A DNA stretch of 64,000 bases from Vicugna vicugna (lineage: Eukaryota), in contig MU058919.1 in NCBI GenBank assembly GCA_013265495.1, positions 3,505,599-3,569,598 on the forward strand. The letters run 5' to 3'. Below the pieces are notes generated by a model that had not been told where the DNA came from, did no database searches, and was given only the letters and a program-made list of their open reading frames with translations. The position numbers and the translations under genes are program-made. Shown in pieces: positions 38,208 to 51,680 of this stretch. Position 1 is the stretch's first letter. Each line of letters opens with the position of its first letter.

Positions 38208-39659
38208 AGTTAAGACCGTTCACCCTTGGGCGGCTAGGATGTGTCTGGCGGGGAAGGCTTGAGTGGAAATCCACATGAAAGACCAAGAACAGATGGCAGT
38301 GTCCCGCCTCCTGGGGGACAAGGGGTCTGCAAAGTGCCAGTCTGAAGCTCCCGTCTGGACAAGATCCAGCTCTGTGCTGAGCCGACATCGAGGCACGTCC
38401 TCGCCCCACTGAAACACGTGTCCTTTGACAAAAGAATTCATCTGCAACAATCACATTGGAGGACAGTTGGGAGAAGGCAGAGAACAGGCCTTCTCTGGCC
38501 TCTGGTGCTCTACTAGGCACTGAGGATATCTGGAGAGCTTTGTAATTTGAAACTCAAAAAACTAGGCCGGTTTGGAGAGAAGGAAAAGGGAGAGGAACAG
38601 GCGGGACTAGATTATGGGTGATGGGCAGCAGGATGGAGCGTGCCTGCCAAGGGTGGGTAATACACATGGTTAAGAGACACTTATTCCCATCAGGTTCAAA
38701 GGACGCACACACAGGACCTCGTGTGGGGAAGAGTATGGGGAGTGGTGGGGATAATACAGAAATGGGATCGTAACCTCACTCCCATCTCGTTCTTTAGTGT
38801 CTTTGTTGTCCAGGTTATGTCAGAATGTCTTGTGCCACCGTTCTGCAGAAGACCTTCATACTAGGGAAAATTTGAAAGAGAGCATTTTTACAAAAAGCAA
38901 TTTACTAGTAATTTTTCAGCCTTTTCCCTGCCACTACTGAAAAATGTGCGTCTGAATAAGTTTGTCCGACCATGCTATTCATCATCACGATTTGCCAAGA
39001 ACTGCACTGAAATAATTTTTTTACATCAGTCCGCTCATTTGGAAAGATATTCTGAGGCTTGGACCCAACCATCAAACTAATACAACAAATCAGAAGAATT
39101 AATTACCAGTGGCAAAATAATAATAATAAAAATTCCTGAGCTTGTCTCTGTTTTACAGGGAGTTGCAAAGTATATAAAAACCACTTCCTTATTATTGTAC
39201 AAGTGATGATAATAAATAAGATTTTTTTTATCAGTTTAGTTTGTTGTGGCTGATTTTTTTTTTCCCTATGAATACTAGTCACTGAGTTGTCCTAACTCCA
39301 CTGATAGTAAAGATACCAAGGAGTTTTGTAGATGACTTATTTTGCCTTCAGATGAGGTTATGAGTCCTACTGATGGCTGGATAACATTTTCTAAAGCTCA
39401 GAACGGAATTTTCCAGGACGTTGCGAAGTGCTTTCATATTAAGCTGGACACGTCTTTCCAAGGTGTTCATTTACTGTTCACTGGTGGGTATCAAGCTTCT
39501 AGTGATGACCATTAAGAAAATGATTTTGTTATGAAAGGAGATTAGACATTCTTTAGATGGAAGTCCACGAGTGGAACTTTCTGGCACATTCATTCACTCA
39601 TTGTTCCTTCATGCGTTCATCCAGCAGTTGAATGTACACATTACAGCGTGACATGAACC

Positions 39660-39895
39660 TGTGGTTCATATGTTACGTGCCACTGTCCCTAACCAGATGG
39701 CGGCACTGTCCTATGCACTTCACCTATATTTTCTCCTTGACCCTCCAGATAGCCTCATGGGGAGGCACTATTGTTATCCTTACGCTGCAGATAGAGAAAC
39801 AGGCACAAGCTTTTTTCCGAAACTTGCTCAGAGTCACGCAAGCCAGGGGGCTGCACCCTGCATCCGTTTAAGTCCCATGCATTAGACCACTAGGC
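39660..39895 (-). mobile_element. MIR SINE
   Basis: ggcactgtcctatgcacttcac...ctattgttatccttacgctgcagatagagaaacaggcaca...aacttgctcagagtcac is the reverse-oriented MIR core. Confidence 0.65.
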
Positions 39896-40479
39896 CTGCC
39901 CGGGGAAATCTGCAACCTGAAGTGACCCGTGATAAACCGCATCAAGCATCAAACAGCTGGAACTCATCTGAGCAATTTCCTTAGCCTGTTGCCACAAAGG
40001 ACCTGGGCACAGGTTAGTCAGAGGACCTCCAGGGAGGTCCAGGAGCACACCTGGTCCCGGAGCACAGACTCAGCCAGGCTTGCCTTGAGTTTTGGACTGA
40101 GCATGAAACCAAAGTGGCGTTTTCAGTGATGGCTTGCCTTGAGTGGGTCACCCCAGAGAACCACGGACTCTGGCTCGTGGAGTTAATCTCCTGGCTTTAA
40201 AAATCAGACTTCATAAAGTTTATTTTTCATAAGAAAATTGTGTTTTAGAATTCATTGGACTGTGCTGTCTTAAGGTGAAAATGGCAAGTCATGGTTGTGC
40301 CTGGCTGGCTCGGGGAGAGTGAGTCGTCGAGGAGCTGTTTGGAATATAAATGTCTTAATTACCCTCAAATTAAATTTCATAATCAAATGTGAGTTGTAAA
40401 TATATAAACCCTGTATTTTTAGATTAGTGATGGAGTGTCATCTCTGCATGCCGCTTTAAATTAATTGCTTATATAAAAG

Positions 40480-40800
40480 TGTTCATTCCAGCTTGAAGGA
40501 GTGAAAAATGGAAGCAACTAAATGCCTAACAATAGGTAAACGGTTAAGTAAATTATGGTGTACATTCACTCAGTGTGGCCATTAAAATGATAATTATAAA
40601 GATTATTTAGTATCGTAGAGAAATGCTTAGGAAATAATGGTAAGGGAAAGAAAGCATTCTACCAAATTGTCCTGGGAGAAAATGAGCAGAAATGGTTGTC
40701 ATTGTGGCATCGAGATGGTGCATTCTGGAAGGTTTATTTTCCCTTTGGTTTTCCAGTTTTTGTAGGGGGGAGGCGTAATGTTATATGTAATGTTTGCCAG
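40480..40800 (+). mobile_element. Old L1M (L1MC/L1ME-type) 3' fragment
   Basis: tggaagcaactaaatgcctaacaataggtaaacggttaagtaaattatggtgtacattcac...gccattaaaatgat. Confidence 0.65.
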
Positions 40801-43800
40801 TTACAAAAAAACACAGGGTAAGTCAGTCCACACCTTAGGCAAAGTAATGGGATCAGGCCTCTGCGAAGTATGAACGCTTGGATCAGAATAAGAGAAACCC
40901 AGAAATGATTAGATTTGGGTACAAGCAGTCTCCCAAAGGTCATCTTTTATTGTTTTGAGGAAGCCTTGGATAAAGAAGGAAAATGAATTTCAAAGTACAG
41001 CCAGTGTTCGTGTGTGTGCGCGTGTCCGCCGAGGAACGTGCATCTGCACACACACACGTGTATACAGATGTGTGTGGATCGGCTGGGAGAGCCAGGGAGT
41101 GTTTAGCAGAAGGTATATCACTATGTGAGAAAACTCACTGTTGGGGGGGAATTTGCCATCTGTTTTAACTAGGAATCAAATGGTTTTGACCTATAATCTG
41201 CATTCATAGTCTGGAGGAAACCTTGTGGGATTTCAGCAACTGATAGGAGAGAATCACCACTGGGTTAGGCTCATTCTCAGTGTCCGCAGGGACCGCGAGG
41301 TTTCCAACTTGGCCCTGTGCTATGATATATGTGGCATAATGCAGTCGACTGACAGTGGGGGCTGGGGGGGCGATGGCCTTGCCAAGACACCTCCCAGTGT
41401 CCCATCAGTCAGTGGACAGAGCCAAAAAGCTAGGCAAGCAATCCGATGAGTTTGGAAAGGGACTGCATGATATTATTGGTTTTTCTCGTGGCTTTCCTGC
41501 TGTTGAGACACCTTGGCGTCAAAGATGCTGGCTGGAATTCAGGATTAATTGGGTCAGCATTTTATTCTACGTGCAGAGGAAATGCCTGAACATTAGGCTA
41601 CTGAGGGGGGGGGAGTGGTGGAAAGGAATGTACCGTTCTTTAACACACTGCTTCCCGGAGGGAAAGGGACGCGAGACAGAGCCTCACCCACGAGATGAAG
41701 TCATTTCTGTTCTGAAATAGTTAACGTTAAGACCTGTTCTGAAGGCACTGATGGATTCCTCCAAAATGTAAAGTCCTCCTTTCCTCAGGGCGACACTAAC
41801 TGCTATAGATTTTGGATGGTGTCTTAGCTAGATTCATTATCCTGTTTAATTTCCTTTAATACACTGAAATGATATTTTTCCAGACATTTGTTCTCCTCTT
41901 CAGAGGTCACTGATTTAGAGGGCTGAAGTGGGGTAAGGCAAAGAATGCTGGCACCTCTCTGAGACTGCATACTGGCTGGGGGGTGCTCCCGTCTCGGCAC
42001 CCAGGGCCATGGCCCACGGGAGGAAGCCCCCGGGTGGACCGTTGCAGTGAGGCTCCGTCCTTAGGGACGGAGGACCATCCAGGGGAAAGCAGGGCCAAGG
42101 GCACTCCCGGAGTTTCGATGCAGATTTCGAAGCAGAAGAAATCCCATCCTAAGTAGGGCTCCAGCTCACTCCTATCTCTTGAGTTCAGAAAACACACGTT
42201 AACCTGCTGAAAACCTTTAATTACTTCTGCCGCGTAATGTGAACAGCCTCTCTGTGAGAACAGAGGAAGTGAACCGTCCATTTTATACGTGGATGCCTGG
42301 GTCTGAAACATGCTGAGGTTTTATAAGACCCAGAGGGTGCCCCCTTCATCAGACCAGACTTCCCTCTTTCTCTGTTTCACGACTGACTTAGTTCTTCGAC
42401 TTGTATTATAGTTCAGCTTATACTGACATTAACCTTTGTTCATCTTCTGTCCAAATGGAATCAAAATTCGAAATGAATTAGCAAGATTTTATAACAGTGG
42501 CAAAAATCAACTGGAAAAAAGGTCACCTGCAAATGAGATGTGATGTCAGTGTTAGAAAGTTCATTGGCCACAGTTAGCTTTGCTTACGAAGTGTCCAAAA
42601 GGAATTCAGTAAAACTGGTTCCAGGAACTCTCCAAAATCATCTGTAAGACTAGTAAAAGGAACTAATTTCCCTATTTCTCTTCTCTCCTCCACTGGTATG
42701 ACAATTACAGGAAATGTTAGGGCTTTAGTTTGGAGCATAGCTCACGAGGGCGTTCAGATTACAGTAGCAAGTATCTCACCTGCTCTGTTCCCTGATGGCT
42801 CCAGGTACTTAAGCAGCGATCGGCTGGTAGTCTGGGGCCAAACCCCGAGAGGCTGGAGTTAAAATGTGGGGTGGCCTCCCTTTCTCAGACTTCATGGACA
42901 TCTCCAGAGAGAATACGTGTATATTGGAGTGGGCTTTGGGGGACCTTTGCCTGATGGATGAATCCGTATGTTTTTTATGAAATGGCATGTTTTGACTGAT
43001 GATACATCTGAAGCTAAAATCAGAACAGTAATTTTCCCCAAAAATAACTATTTCAAAAGAGTAGGTTTCCCCTGCGCTTCTCCGAGCTGAATCTCAGGCT
43101 TCCCTGTTGGAACACCCGGGTCGGGTTTCTCTTTGGAGGTAACCATTCACTACAACTGAAATCTTTTAGAATTGAAGATGCAATCCGTCTCTCTGGCAAG
43201 GCCATGTGAGTGTCCATCTATTACCATCAAACGGATCCCCCATGTGTTTCTCTTGGTAATGTGTCTCCCGTGTTTCCTTGGTCTGGCTGAACTGTAGACG
43301 TTGGAAGGTCTTGGGTTTACGGCAGAGGTAGCAAGCCAGGACAGACAGGGAGAAATGAGCATTTCTTGTAATCAGCTTCTAGGTATAAGTGGACAGCAAA
43401 GTGTAGAGAGACTACCACCCATCTGAACAAAAAGTTATGAGTCAACATGTGTGGCCTCCTCAGCTCTGACGCATTTCGTCAGCCATGGTCCAGTGTGGAG
43501 AGTGCTTGGTCTGAGCTCTCTAGCTCTTCCTGTGATTCTTGGGCTAAAAATGATGCCGGGGTTGTTTAATCTGAGTGGACCCAAAAGACATGAATTAAGA
43601 CCCCCTTTCTTTCCTTCCGTTGCGGTTGATGAACAATGAGGGGGACCTCAGAAACAGCTCATCACCTTGAAGAAGGGTGCCGTCAGTGGAGACAGAACTT
43701 AGGTTCGGCAGAGAGAACATACAGTCACTGGGGGCGTGGAAACCAGAGGAATGTTCCTAGCAGTCACTGATGGTTACTCACTGCAGGTGCACTTAGGGTG

Positions 43801-44919
43801 AACTTTCAGTGTTCAGAACCCAAAATACCATGGTTCTGGGTGGGAGGTGATAAAGAGAAAACAAACGAAAGTGTCTGTGTGTCACATCCTGTAACGTCCA
43901 AATAGCTGCCACATTTTATTCCTTAATATAAATTCTACTTCTCTTTGATCTTGGTGGTATTTTCTACTCCACCAGTTCAGTTGGTTCTTTCATTCTTTCC
44001 TTGACCCACAGCTACTGTGAACTTCTGTCTTCTCCATGCTTACCAGTAAGTAGCTACTTTGTAAACGATAGGAAGCCCCGTCCTGCCCCGCCCCCACCGT
44101 CTGTTCCGATGCGGCTAGAAGTTTGCCTCCTTGGGTACAAGAGCTCAGGAGCGTCTCTGGCAGCCGGAGGACTCAGTGCGCTCCCGGGAGGAGGTCCGGC
44201 ACAGGGCAGTGGCCTGAGGCCGGGGTGGTCTGCACTCAACCCAGTGACACAGCTCCTGTGCTCACCCCGGCCGCCAGGAGTGAAAGCCCGCAGGGTTAAA
44301 TGCAGGGCTGAACTTGCCCCGGAGGACAGTGCGAGCCTCTCAGTCCTCTTACTCTGCCGGTGCCTTACCAGTGCTGCCGCTGCTTTGCCTAATTCACTCT
44401 CTGTTTAACCCCCCAAAGCCACTCATCACCAGGCCCCTTGATTTTGTTTTTCCTTCCTGCTGCTTCACCTATTGATTTCTCCCTTTTTATTCACTCTGTT
44501 CCCACTCTGACCTTGGTGTTTTTACAAACCCTGCCTTCAACTCTCCATCCCTCTGTCCTACAGGTCCTCAAAGTCTAGGCTTCAAGTGCACATCTCTCTC
44601 CTCTGTGGATACCTATGTGAGTCCCAGTTTGGTAGTGCTTCCAAAAAGCATTTTTTTTTTAGGATCTATAATATTTCTTCTATAATATTTCCCATCCTAC
44701 GATCTCCCTAGATTTCTCATGGCTACTCACAAACTCTACTCAAGTGGAGCCAGTTGCTGGACTATCTCTACCATATACCACAGTGACTCCCTACTTTGTG
44801 TCTTTACTACCAGTGGTTCCTGGTCTAGCGTTGTGCCCCACCCTCCTTTTTAATGGTCCACGTCAAGTCTTGCCTTCCCTCGCTCCTCCAGTCCTCATAG
44901 CTGCCTTCACTGACTCAGT

Positions 44920-45140
44920 GACCAGCACCTGCAGGTCGAGGGTGACGCAGGCACCATACCATGTGCTGGGCACCCCGGAAACCGAGGCACAGTCCTTGGC
45001 AATGTGGAGCGCTTAGCATGAGAAAGACATTCCTCTGCGGACAGCACAAGCCCACTGTGCTCCGGACCATCACGGAGGCAGGAAGAAAGTGCTCAGAGTG
45101 TCCCCCGGGGAGTCAGGGCAGGCTTCACCTGGGAGACGTG
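44920..45140 (-). mobile_element. L2 LINE fragment
   Basis: caccataccatgtgctgggcac...cacagtcctt...agggcaggcttcacctgggaga resembles reverse-oriented L2. Confidence 0.4.
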
Positions 45141-47654
45141 GAGAAGTGGGCCTAAAGCATGAGTCAGTTTTCTTTAAAGTGTCAGTCCTCTCTTCTCACG
45201 CTTATCTAAGTGCTGGGTAGACCAGGTTCCTCTAAGCATCTCCTCTCTCTTCAACTCTATCAGCCTCTGATCCTTGCTAATTAGTTTAAGAATAGAGTGA
45301 TATGCATCCCAGCATTCTCCCAGCGGGAGGATGTACCCATGACATTTTAAGCAGACTTGGGGTGGGTACTCAGTATCACTCGCTTCCATGAATTCTCTCT
45401 GCGTAGCCTGGACCCTCAGATCTGGTGGCACACGGTGTATTCTGAAACCTGGGTAGGAATCAGATGAGTGGAAGGGAAAGGGACAGAGTTTCATTAGTTT
45501 AAGTAAAACCGTGTCCAGACATTTTTATCTCCTGAAACTTGGAGTAACTCTCTCGGATTTGGCGCGTTATATGGTATTGCTCGAAACTTTTTTCTGTGCC
45601 GACGGGGGTGAAACAGATGACTCGCACACTCACAAAAATGAGTGGATGGTTCCGACGTGTTGTTACTTTATATTTAACCATAAAGTACATCGAGACCCTT
45701 ACTGCGTATTTGTTTCCTTATATCACCCAGATGTCTTCTCGGAAGTGGGATGTGATAGAGGCAAAATAAATGAACAGTTTCATTCAGAAATCTCAGTCGC
45801 GTGGGATGACACAAAGCCAAGCTCTTAGAGACGGTGGATTGTTGTAATCTCAGGCTTCTAACTGGACTCTGGATTTTGCTGTCGAGGAGGAACCACAGAT
45901 CTTTGGGGGGAAAAAAATCAACAGAAGGTCGGGGGTGCACCTTTGCATCAGGTTGCTTCAGAGCTTGTGTGTTTTGGCCCAAAGGTGTTGAATGAAATAA
46001 CGAACATTTCAGTTTTCTTTACTTTGAGTTGAGAACATAGGGTATAAAGTTGTACTCGATATAATCAATACTTGGAAATATAATTCTGCACCCGATTTGT
46101 GATGAACGTGGAGAGGAAGGAAAAGGGAAATAGGGAAATGAGAAGAGAGATTGGGAGGAAGGCGGTGAGGGCTCGACCCACACAGACAGACGACAGACAG
46201 ACACAGGAGAGGAAGGGGTGGCGCTCGGCAAAGCCGGCGCAGGTCAGCCGCGTCACATCTGGGTGCTGTGGACTGGGGCGGAGGCACGGACAGTTCTGAT
46301 GGACTAGAGCCACTACTGTCAGCTTCTCCGTTGCCCCATATTGGCAGTTCCAGCAACCCTGCTTCTCCTGGAGGACCTGGACAGTTCATCCCAGGGCAAA
46401 GCAAAAATCAAGACGAGGACAGGTCACCGAGGCAGGACATCCTACAGTGTCATTTTCCCAACAACAAAAAGCACAAGTGTTAAACTGAATGAATAATCCC
46501 ACTGTAAGCTGACGTTTCTGTGTTTCTGCCTCTGTCCCTTAACCTCCAGCATCTCCTTTTGACTGAAACCCTCTTGTTTCACGGGGATTGTAGGAAACGG
46601 GGAGAGAACAGTGGGATAAGACTGTGTGGATTCATGAAAAGAAGTGAGCATCGTAGTGAGTAAGCAGACTTGCTGATCATGAAACGGTTCTGTGCACATC
46701 AGAATCCTAAAAATACTTTTTTTTTTAAAGGAAAACAAAAGTCTTTCCTTAAATGACCTCTCTATACTTTGGCCTTCCTGAAACTTTGGAGGAGAGCATG
46801 ACTGTTGAAGAAGTGGAACCTTTTACAAGTTTTTTGTTTGTTTAGTTTTTTGTTTAAAGAAAGCATTTCCGACCACACAGGGGAAAAGACCCCTGTGGGA
46901 GGCTGAAGCAGGAAAACACGCATCTTCCTCAAGGGCTCCGTCCTCGGGCCCGACTCTCTAGCAGAAACCCATTGGTCCCCACCCCACAGTCCAGGTCAGC
47001 CAGAGTTTCTGGGTTTGGAGACAGGGCAGCCAAGATCAGTTTGATAACGTATCCAAGATGTTTCATTTTGTTTCCCTTATTCTCTTGCATTTCCTGCTGT
47101 ATCTGTAAAGCTGAGGGCAACATGTGGCTCAGAAGATTTACTGCACGAGGGCGTCCCCTTCTGTTTTTTCTAGAATGAACCTGGGACTCAACCAAGTGTT
47201 GCTGATGCCCAAACGGAACCCATGGCCCTGCTCCCAGGTCAGCAGTGGAGGTGGAGCCCTCTCGCACAGAAGGGGGCAGTTAGTTACCTGTCATTGTCAC
47301 CATTTAAAGTACAGGCCTTCTGCAATATGGATTAATTATCAAATGTCAAATTCCAAGTAAACTGTCAGCTGGTAGGTGTACAGCAGGCATATGGCATGTG
47401 CACACCTTTTATCTTTTGATGCTTCTGGTTGGGGATGCAACACGTCTACAAGTCTGTCCCTTCCTGGGAATTCTGCGGGAGGGGGCAGCTCCTCTCCCCA
47501 TGGACCTGGGCTTTGAGACCACTTATCAGTGCCAGTCTTTTCAGTAAATGATTTACATGCAGGATTTTATAAATGGTCGAGGGGTTACTCAAGGTCATCC
47601 CTTAAGCAGTCCCTCATTCTCGTCTTTTCTTGTCACGGTAGGCCCTGGCTATGT

Positions 47655-48025
47655 AGCATCATCACGCAGTGCTTAAGAACTGGGGTTCAGAGACTGCCTG
47701 CCTGCCTGCCTGGCTTTGAGTTCTGGCCCTTCCTTCCCCAAATTAGCCCAGAATCCCGAGCAAGTTATATAACCTGGGTGAGTAAAGGTAATCATAAGAG
47801 CTAATGTTTCGACCTTGCTTGGCAGTGGGTTGGGTACCACTTTGCACTTTATATATGTTCCAACGTTGCATTCTCCAAATACTCTCTGAAGGGGAAGTTA
47901 CCATTTTCAAAAGGTAGAGAAACTGAGCCACTGTACAGTGAGTCCGTGTCCACGTCACCCAGAGAGTAACTGGCAGAACCAGGAATGCAGGTGTGGACAG
48001 GGTCGCCTGGGCACGGCTCTTACCG
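47655..48025. mobile_element. Two adjacent MIR SINE relics in opposite orientations
   Basis: cagtgcttaagaactggggttcagagactgcc...tttgagttctggcc...gagcaagttatataacc (plus), then ccattttcaaaaggtagagaaactgagcc...gtaactggcagaaccagga (minus). Confidence 0.55.
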
Positions 48026-49929
48026 CTCTGATCTGTGGTGAGGCCTCAGGAGGCCAGTGCCTCTGAAGCCCTCAGTATATGGTCTTGGTGATGCTTCGCT
48101 GGTGATGAAGTGATGGTGACAAGGACAATGCACTTAAGAATGCATTATGCGTGTGGATGACACTGGTTACGTTACTTGAGAGAGACATGTTAGGAACCAC
48201 CTGGAAAATTTCCACCTTGAATGGCTGATTAAAAAGTATACAGTTGTCCTAGGTTGTACTTTAAAGCTGGGCATGCCGGTGGCCATTTTCACAGACTCTT
48301 TAGATCCAGAGTAGCACTGATGCTTTGATGTAGAACTTAAATGGTCACTGGGAATGAACTGAGCACTGGGACCCTGGATTCTAGTCCATTCTCTACTGCT
48401 CACTCAGCAGTTGACCACATCACATGGAGAGGGGGTGTCTCCCCTGAGCTTCTGCTGCCCAACAAGACCGGGTGGTATTTTCATAGATCCAGTGTTCCAA
48501 CCATATGATGAATCCCATCGTTTAGCCTAACCCTGGGAATTTTCGCTACACTAGCAAATCTGATAGACACAATAAATAGAGCAGAGGAGAGTTACTATTA
48601 TATACGGAGACAGATAGAAAAGCAAAAACAAGACCAATTCAACAAGGGTGGGAACTACTTCTGTGAAGCCATCAAACTAATAACTACCATTAAAACAGAC
48701 AAAAACACACACAGTAGGTAACTGAGGAAAGCAGTTACCCCGAGGCTCTTCAATGGCCCCAGAAGTCAAATGAAAACTATGGTTTAAAAGTTGAGAAACT
48801 AAGTCTTTTTCATCATTTAAAAAAATTTCTAAGTCTCCACACTTGCGAGTGGGATGAACTTTTCTTGGGAGTGGTTCCCGGCCTCACCTCCCTAAGCTAT
48901 GCTAGTCTTAAGTCATTTGTGCCGTGCGATTCCAATCGAAAAGAAAAAACAAACCCCCCACGTCTTTATGTACCACTCTGGCATTGATTTAAAAGAAGCG
49001 ATACACTGATGGACTTGATGTCATGGTGTCAGACTGAGAGAGAGGGATCAAGTCCAAGAGACAGATGTCTTCTTGTTGTCTTGAGTTGACCCAGTGAACT
49101 CTCCGGTATTTCGGTAAATCTCTAGCGAAAATTCCTTTCAACCAAAAAAATGTCAGCGTTTGGGGTAAAAGAGCATTTAGTCTACCTGACTGAGGCAAGA
49201 CAAAGTTCCTCACTTCTCCTCCCCTGTTTCTTTCACTCTGATACTAGGTCATTAAACTCGAACACATTCTTTCTTTAAAAACTCAACTTCTCCCCATGTG
49301 AATTTTCACCAAAGGAAACTCTTGGGTTGAATTTGGTGGGAGAAAACCCCCGATCTTTGATACTGTTTTCTTTCCTTATCACCAAGTAGCCCAGACCTAA
49401 GGACTGTCCCTCTCTAGAAGCTGTCATCCTTGTTACCAACTTCTCACGAGACTTTTTAAAAAATTCCTGCTTCAAAAAAAGTACAACTTGAAATGGAAGA
49501 AAATGAATTATTGTCCAATCTGGAGTCCCTGAATTTCTAGCAAAATCACTGACTAGGTTTATTGTTCATAGCCTCCTTAGAGATTTATTAAGTACCTGTT
49601 ATTAGACAATACTATTCTTGGTCCTTTATGAATTTGTGTTGTGAATCCTTTGGAAGTATTTCTCACGGAACTTCTAAGAAGTAGGAGATGATGAAAACCC
49701 AATTTTTGAAAATAATATTTCCAGTTGGAAACTCAAATTCAACTTTCTAATAGTAATCATATCTAGACAGTAATTTGTATCTACCTTTATCGATGGAAAG
49801 TTTCTGTGTCCATCAATGTCCCCAAGCACACTGTTTGCCTGGGGGTAGCAGCAGCTTTTATGTCTTCTTCACCTAGCCACGTCACAAAGATCTGCTGCCA
49901 TCCACGGTGTTTCGCTCACGACTAGGAGT

Positions 49930-50440
49930 GACCCAGTGAACTCTCCGGCAGTTTCCACTGTCACCAGTCACCCTTGGCACCAGTTAATTCTCACCTGTCG
50001 GACTCTCTCAACTGATCTCCAGTTCCTCTTCTCTGGTTTATCTCTAGCCATCAAGACTTCGTCTTCCGGAAATGTATGCTATTCAAAACGTGCAGTGGGT
50101 ACCCATCACCAATGAGCACAGGACCTCTCTGTCCTTCTGGTTCCCCCTCAAACTGGCTTCACACTCGCTCTTTACTCACTGATCTGCACACCAAAACCTT
50201 TGTCCACTGTCACTTCTTTCTCTTCCCCCACAAGTCTCTTGCTCTGAGCACCCAGCAGCGGTGCTTAAGCTGCAGGATTTGTGTGTGTGGACCCAGGAGA
50301 ACCGTTCAACCCTTGTCTCAGCCAGAGCAGTTCTCTTTCCTGCCTGGGAACCTCCAAAGCACACCGTATGGCCTCTTCTGATCCTCCCTCCCACCTCCTC
50401 TCGCCCTCCTGGCCTTGAACTTCTTGAGGACCTCTCACGC
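49930..50440 (+). mobile_element. L2 LINE fragment, highly diverged
   Basis: C/T-rich L2-like blocks such as actctctcaactgatctcc and tctgcctgggaac. Pattern recognition only. Confidence 0.45.
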
Positions 50441-51602
50441 ATCCTGCAACCCCTCCCACGTGGCCACGGCCACTGTCACTACTGCTGTGTACATTTCCAC
50501 AAACCAGCCGTCCTTTCTGGACCAAGCCATCTGCATACCAGTCGGCTTTCCAGTGCTTGGCCATTATCGGAGCCCAGGCTTTACAGTTCCATTACATTTC
50601 CAAGGATGCGAAAGTGGCTTACTACAAGTCAGCACCTTCTACAGAGCAAAATGCAGATAATATGAGGCGTTCAGAGTCTAACTCCTATGTGCATATGGAA
50701 AAGATAAAGAAATGGGCAAATGACAAACACAGGATACTTTCCAGGGAGGAGCCAGCATGGAGGCGCCCCCACCACCAGTGGAATGACCTAGAAACACAAA
50801 CAAAGACTGGTCAGCTTCATTAAGGTTGGCGGTGGATATGCCATACCTCCACAGTGGTTTCTTGACTGAGCAGCTGAAATGAGGCCCCCAGACCATCAGC
50901 CTCCCCTACCTGCCCTTTCTCTCTGGAATTTTGATGAGCCGAGAGACGCACTTTTATTTTATTTTGTAATCTCTCTGGCATCCCAAAGCCACCTTCTCAT
51001 GTCTGTCATATGCTGTAGTTTACTGTATTTCATTTTACGCCCAAGGCTAGATTAAGGACTGAATTGGAATTTTCCATAGTAACTGTGATATAAACTTCAA
51101 CCAACATTTTGTCATGCTGTTATGATTTTTAAAAAAGTTTATTCTCCCTTGCCGTGGCCATAATAACATAACTCAGGTGACGGTACACTGTGCAAACATG
51201 GGCTTCTCTCTGCTCTTTCCCCTGCTCAGACTTCCTAATCTCAAGATGATTTGGTCAAGAGAGCATGTCTGTGGACGTGCAGTAGTCTGAATAATCAGTT
51301 CAGTACCCTGTAGAAGCAATAGTTGCAAATACTGAATTTGAAGACTTCTTTCCATATCCCTTGGAAGTATGTATGGTGTTAGCCCGAAGGCTTATAATTT
51401 AGAAACCTAAGTCCTTCTTGTCCCTCATATCTACTTTTTTGTATTCAAGTTAGTTTTCTCTCACTTCCAATCAAAGCTAGGAACCTGCACTCAGCAGAAA
51501 GACACGGAGCTGTCAGGTTAGAGGGGTTTTGTTTTTATTTAGATCAGCTGTTTGTCACTTGATACTATCTTTGTATACCGCAAAGTGCCTCAACTCATTC
51601 AC

Positions 51603-51680
51603 CGGGGTGTGAATGATGTCTGAAGTACGCACGACTCAGACTTCCACTGAATATCATGGTGGCTTATGATGGAAGGGTCT
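51603..51680 (-). other. INSYN2A: Candidate INSYN2A 5'UTR exon (78 nt)
   Basis: Minus-strand branch-like CCTGAT, then acceptor caacctctttcag|AGACCC, and donor CCCCG|GTGAAT. Splice-signal inference only. Confidence 0.4.

Noticed and set aside
45490-45830. Moderately CpG-rich AT-balanced stretch resembling a DNA-transposon relic
   Set aside because: I could not assign a family or find terminal repeats by eye. It needs a Dfam search.
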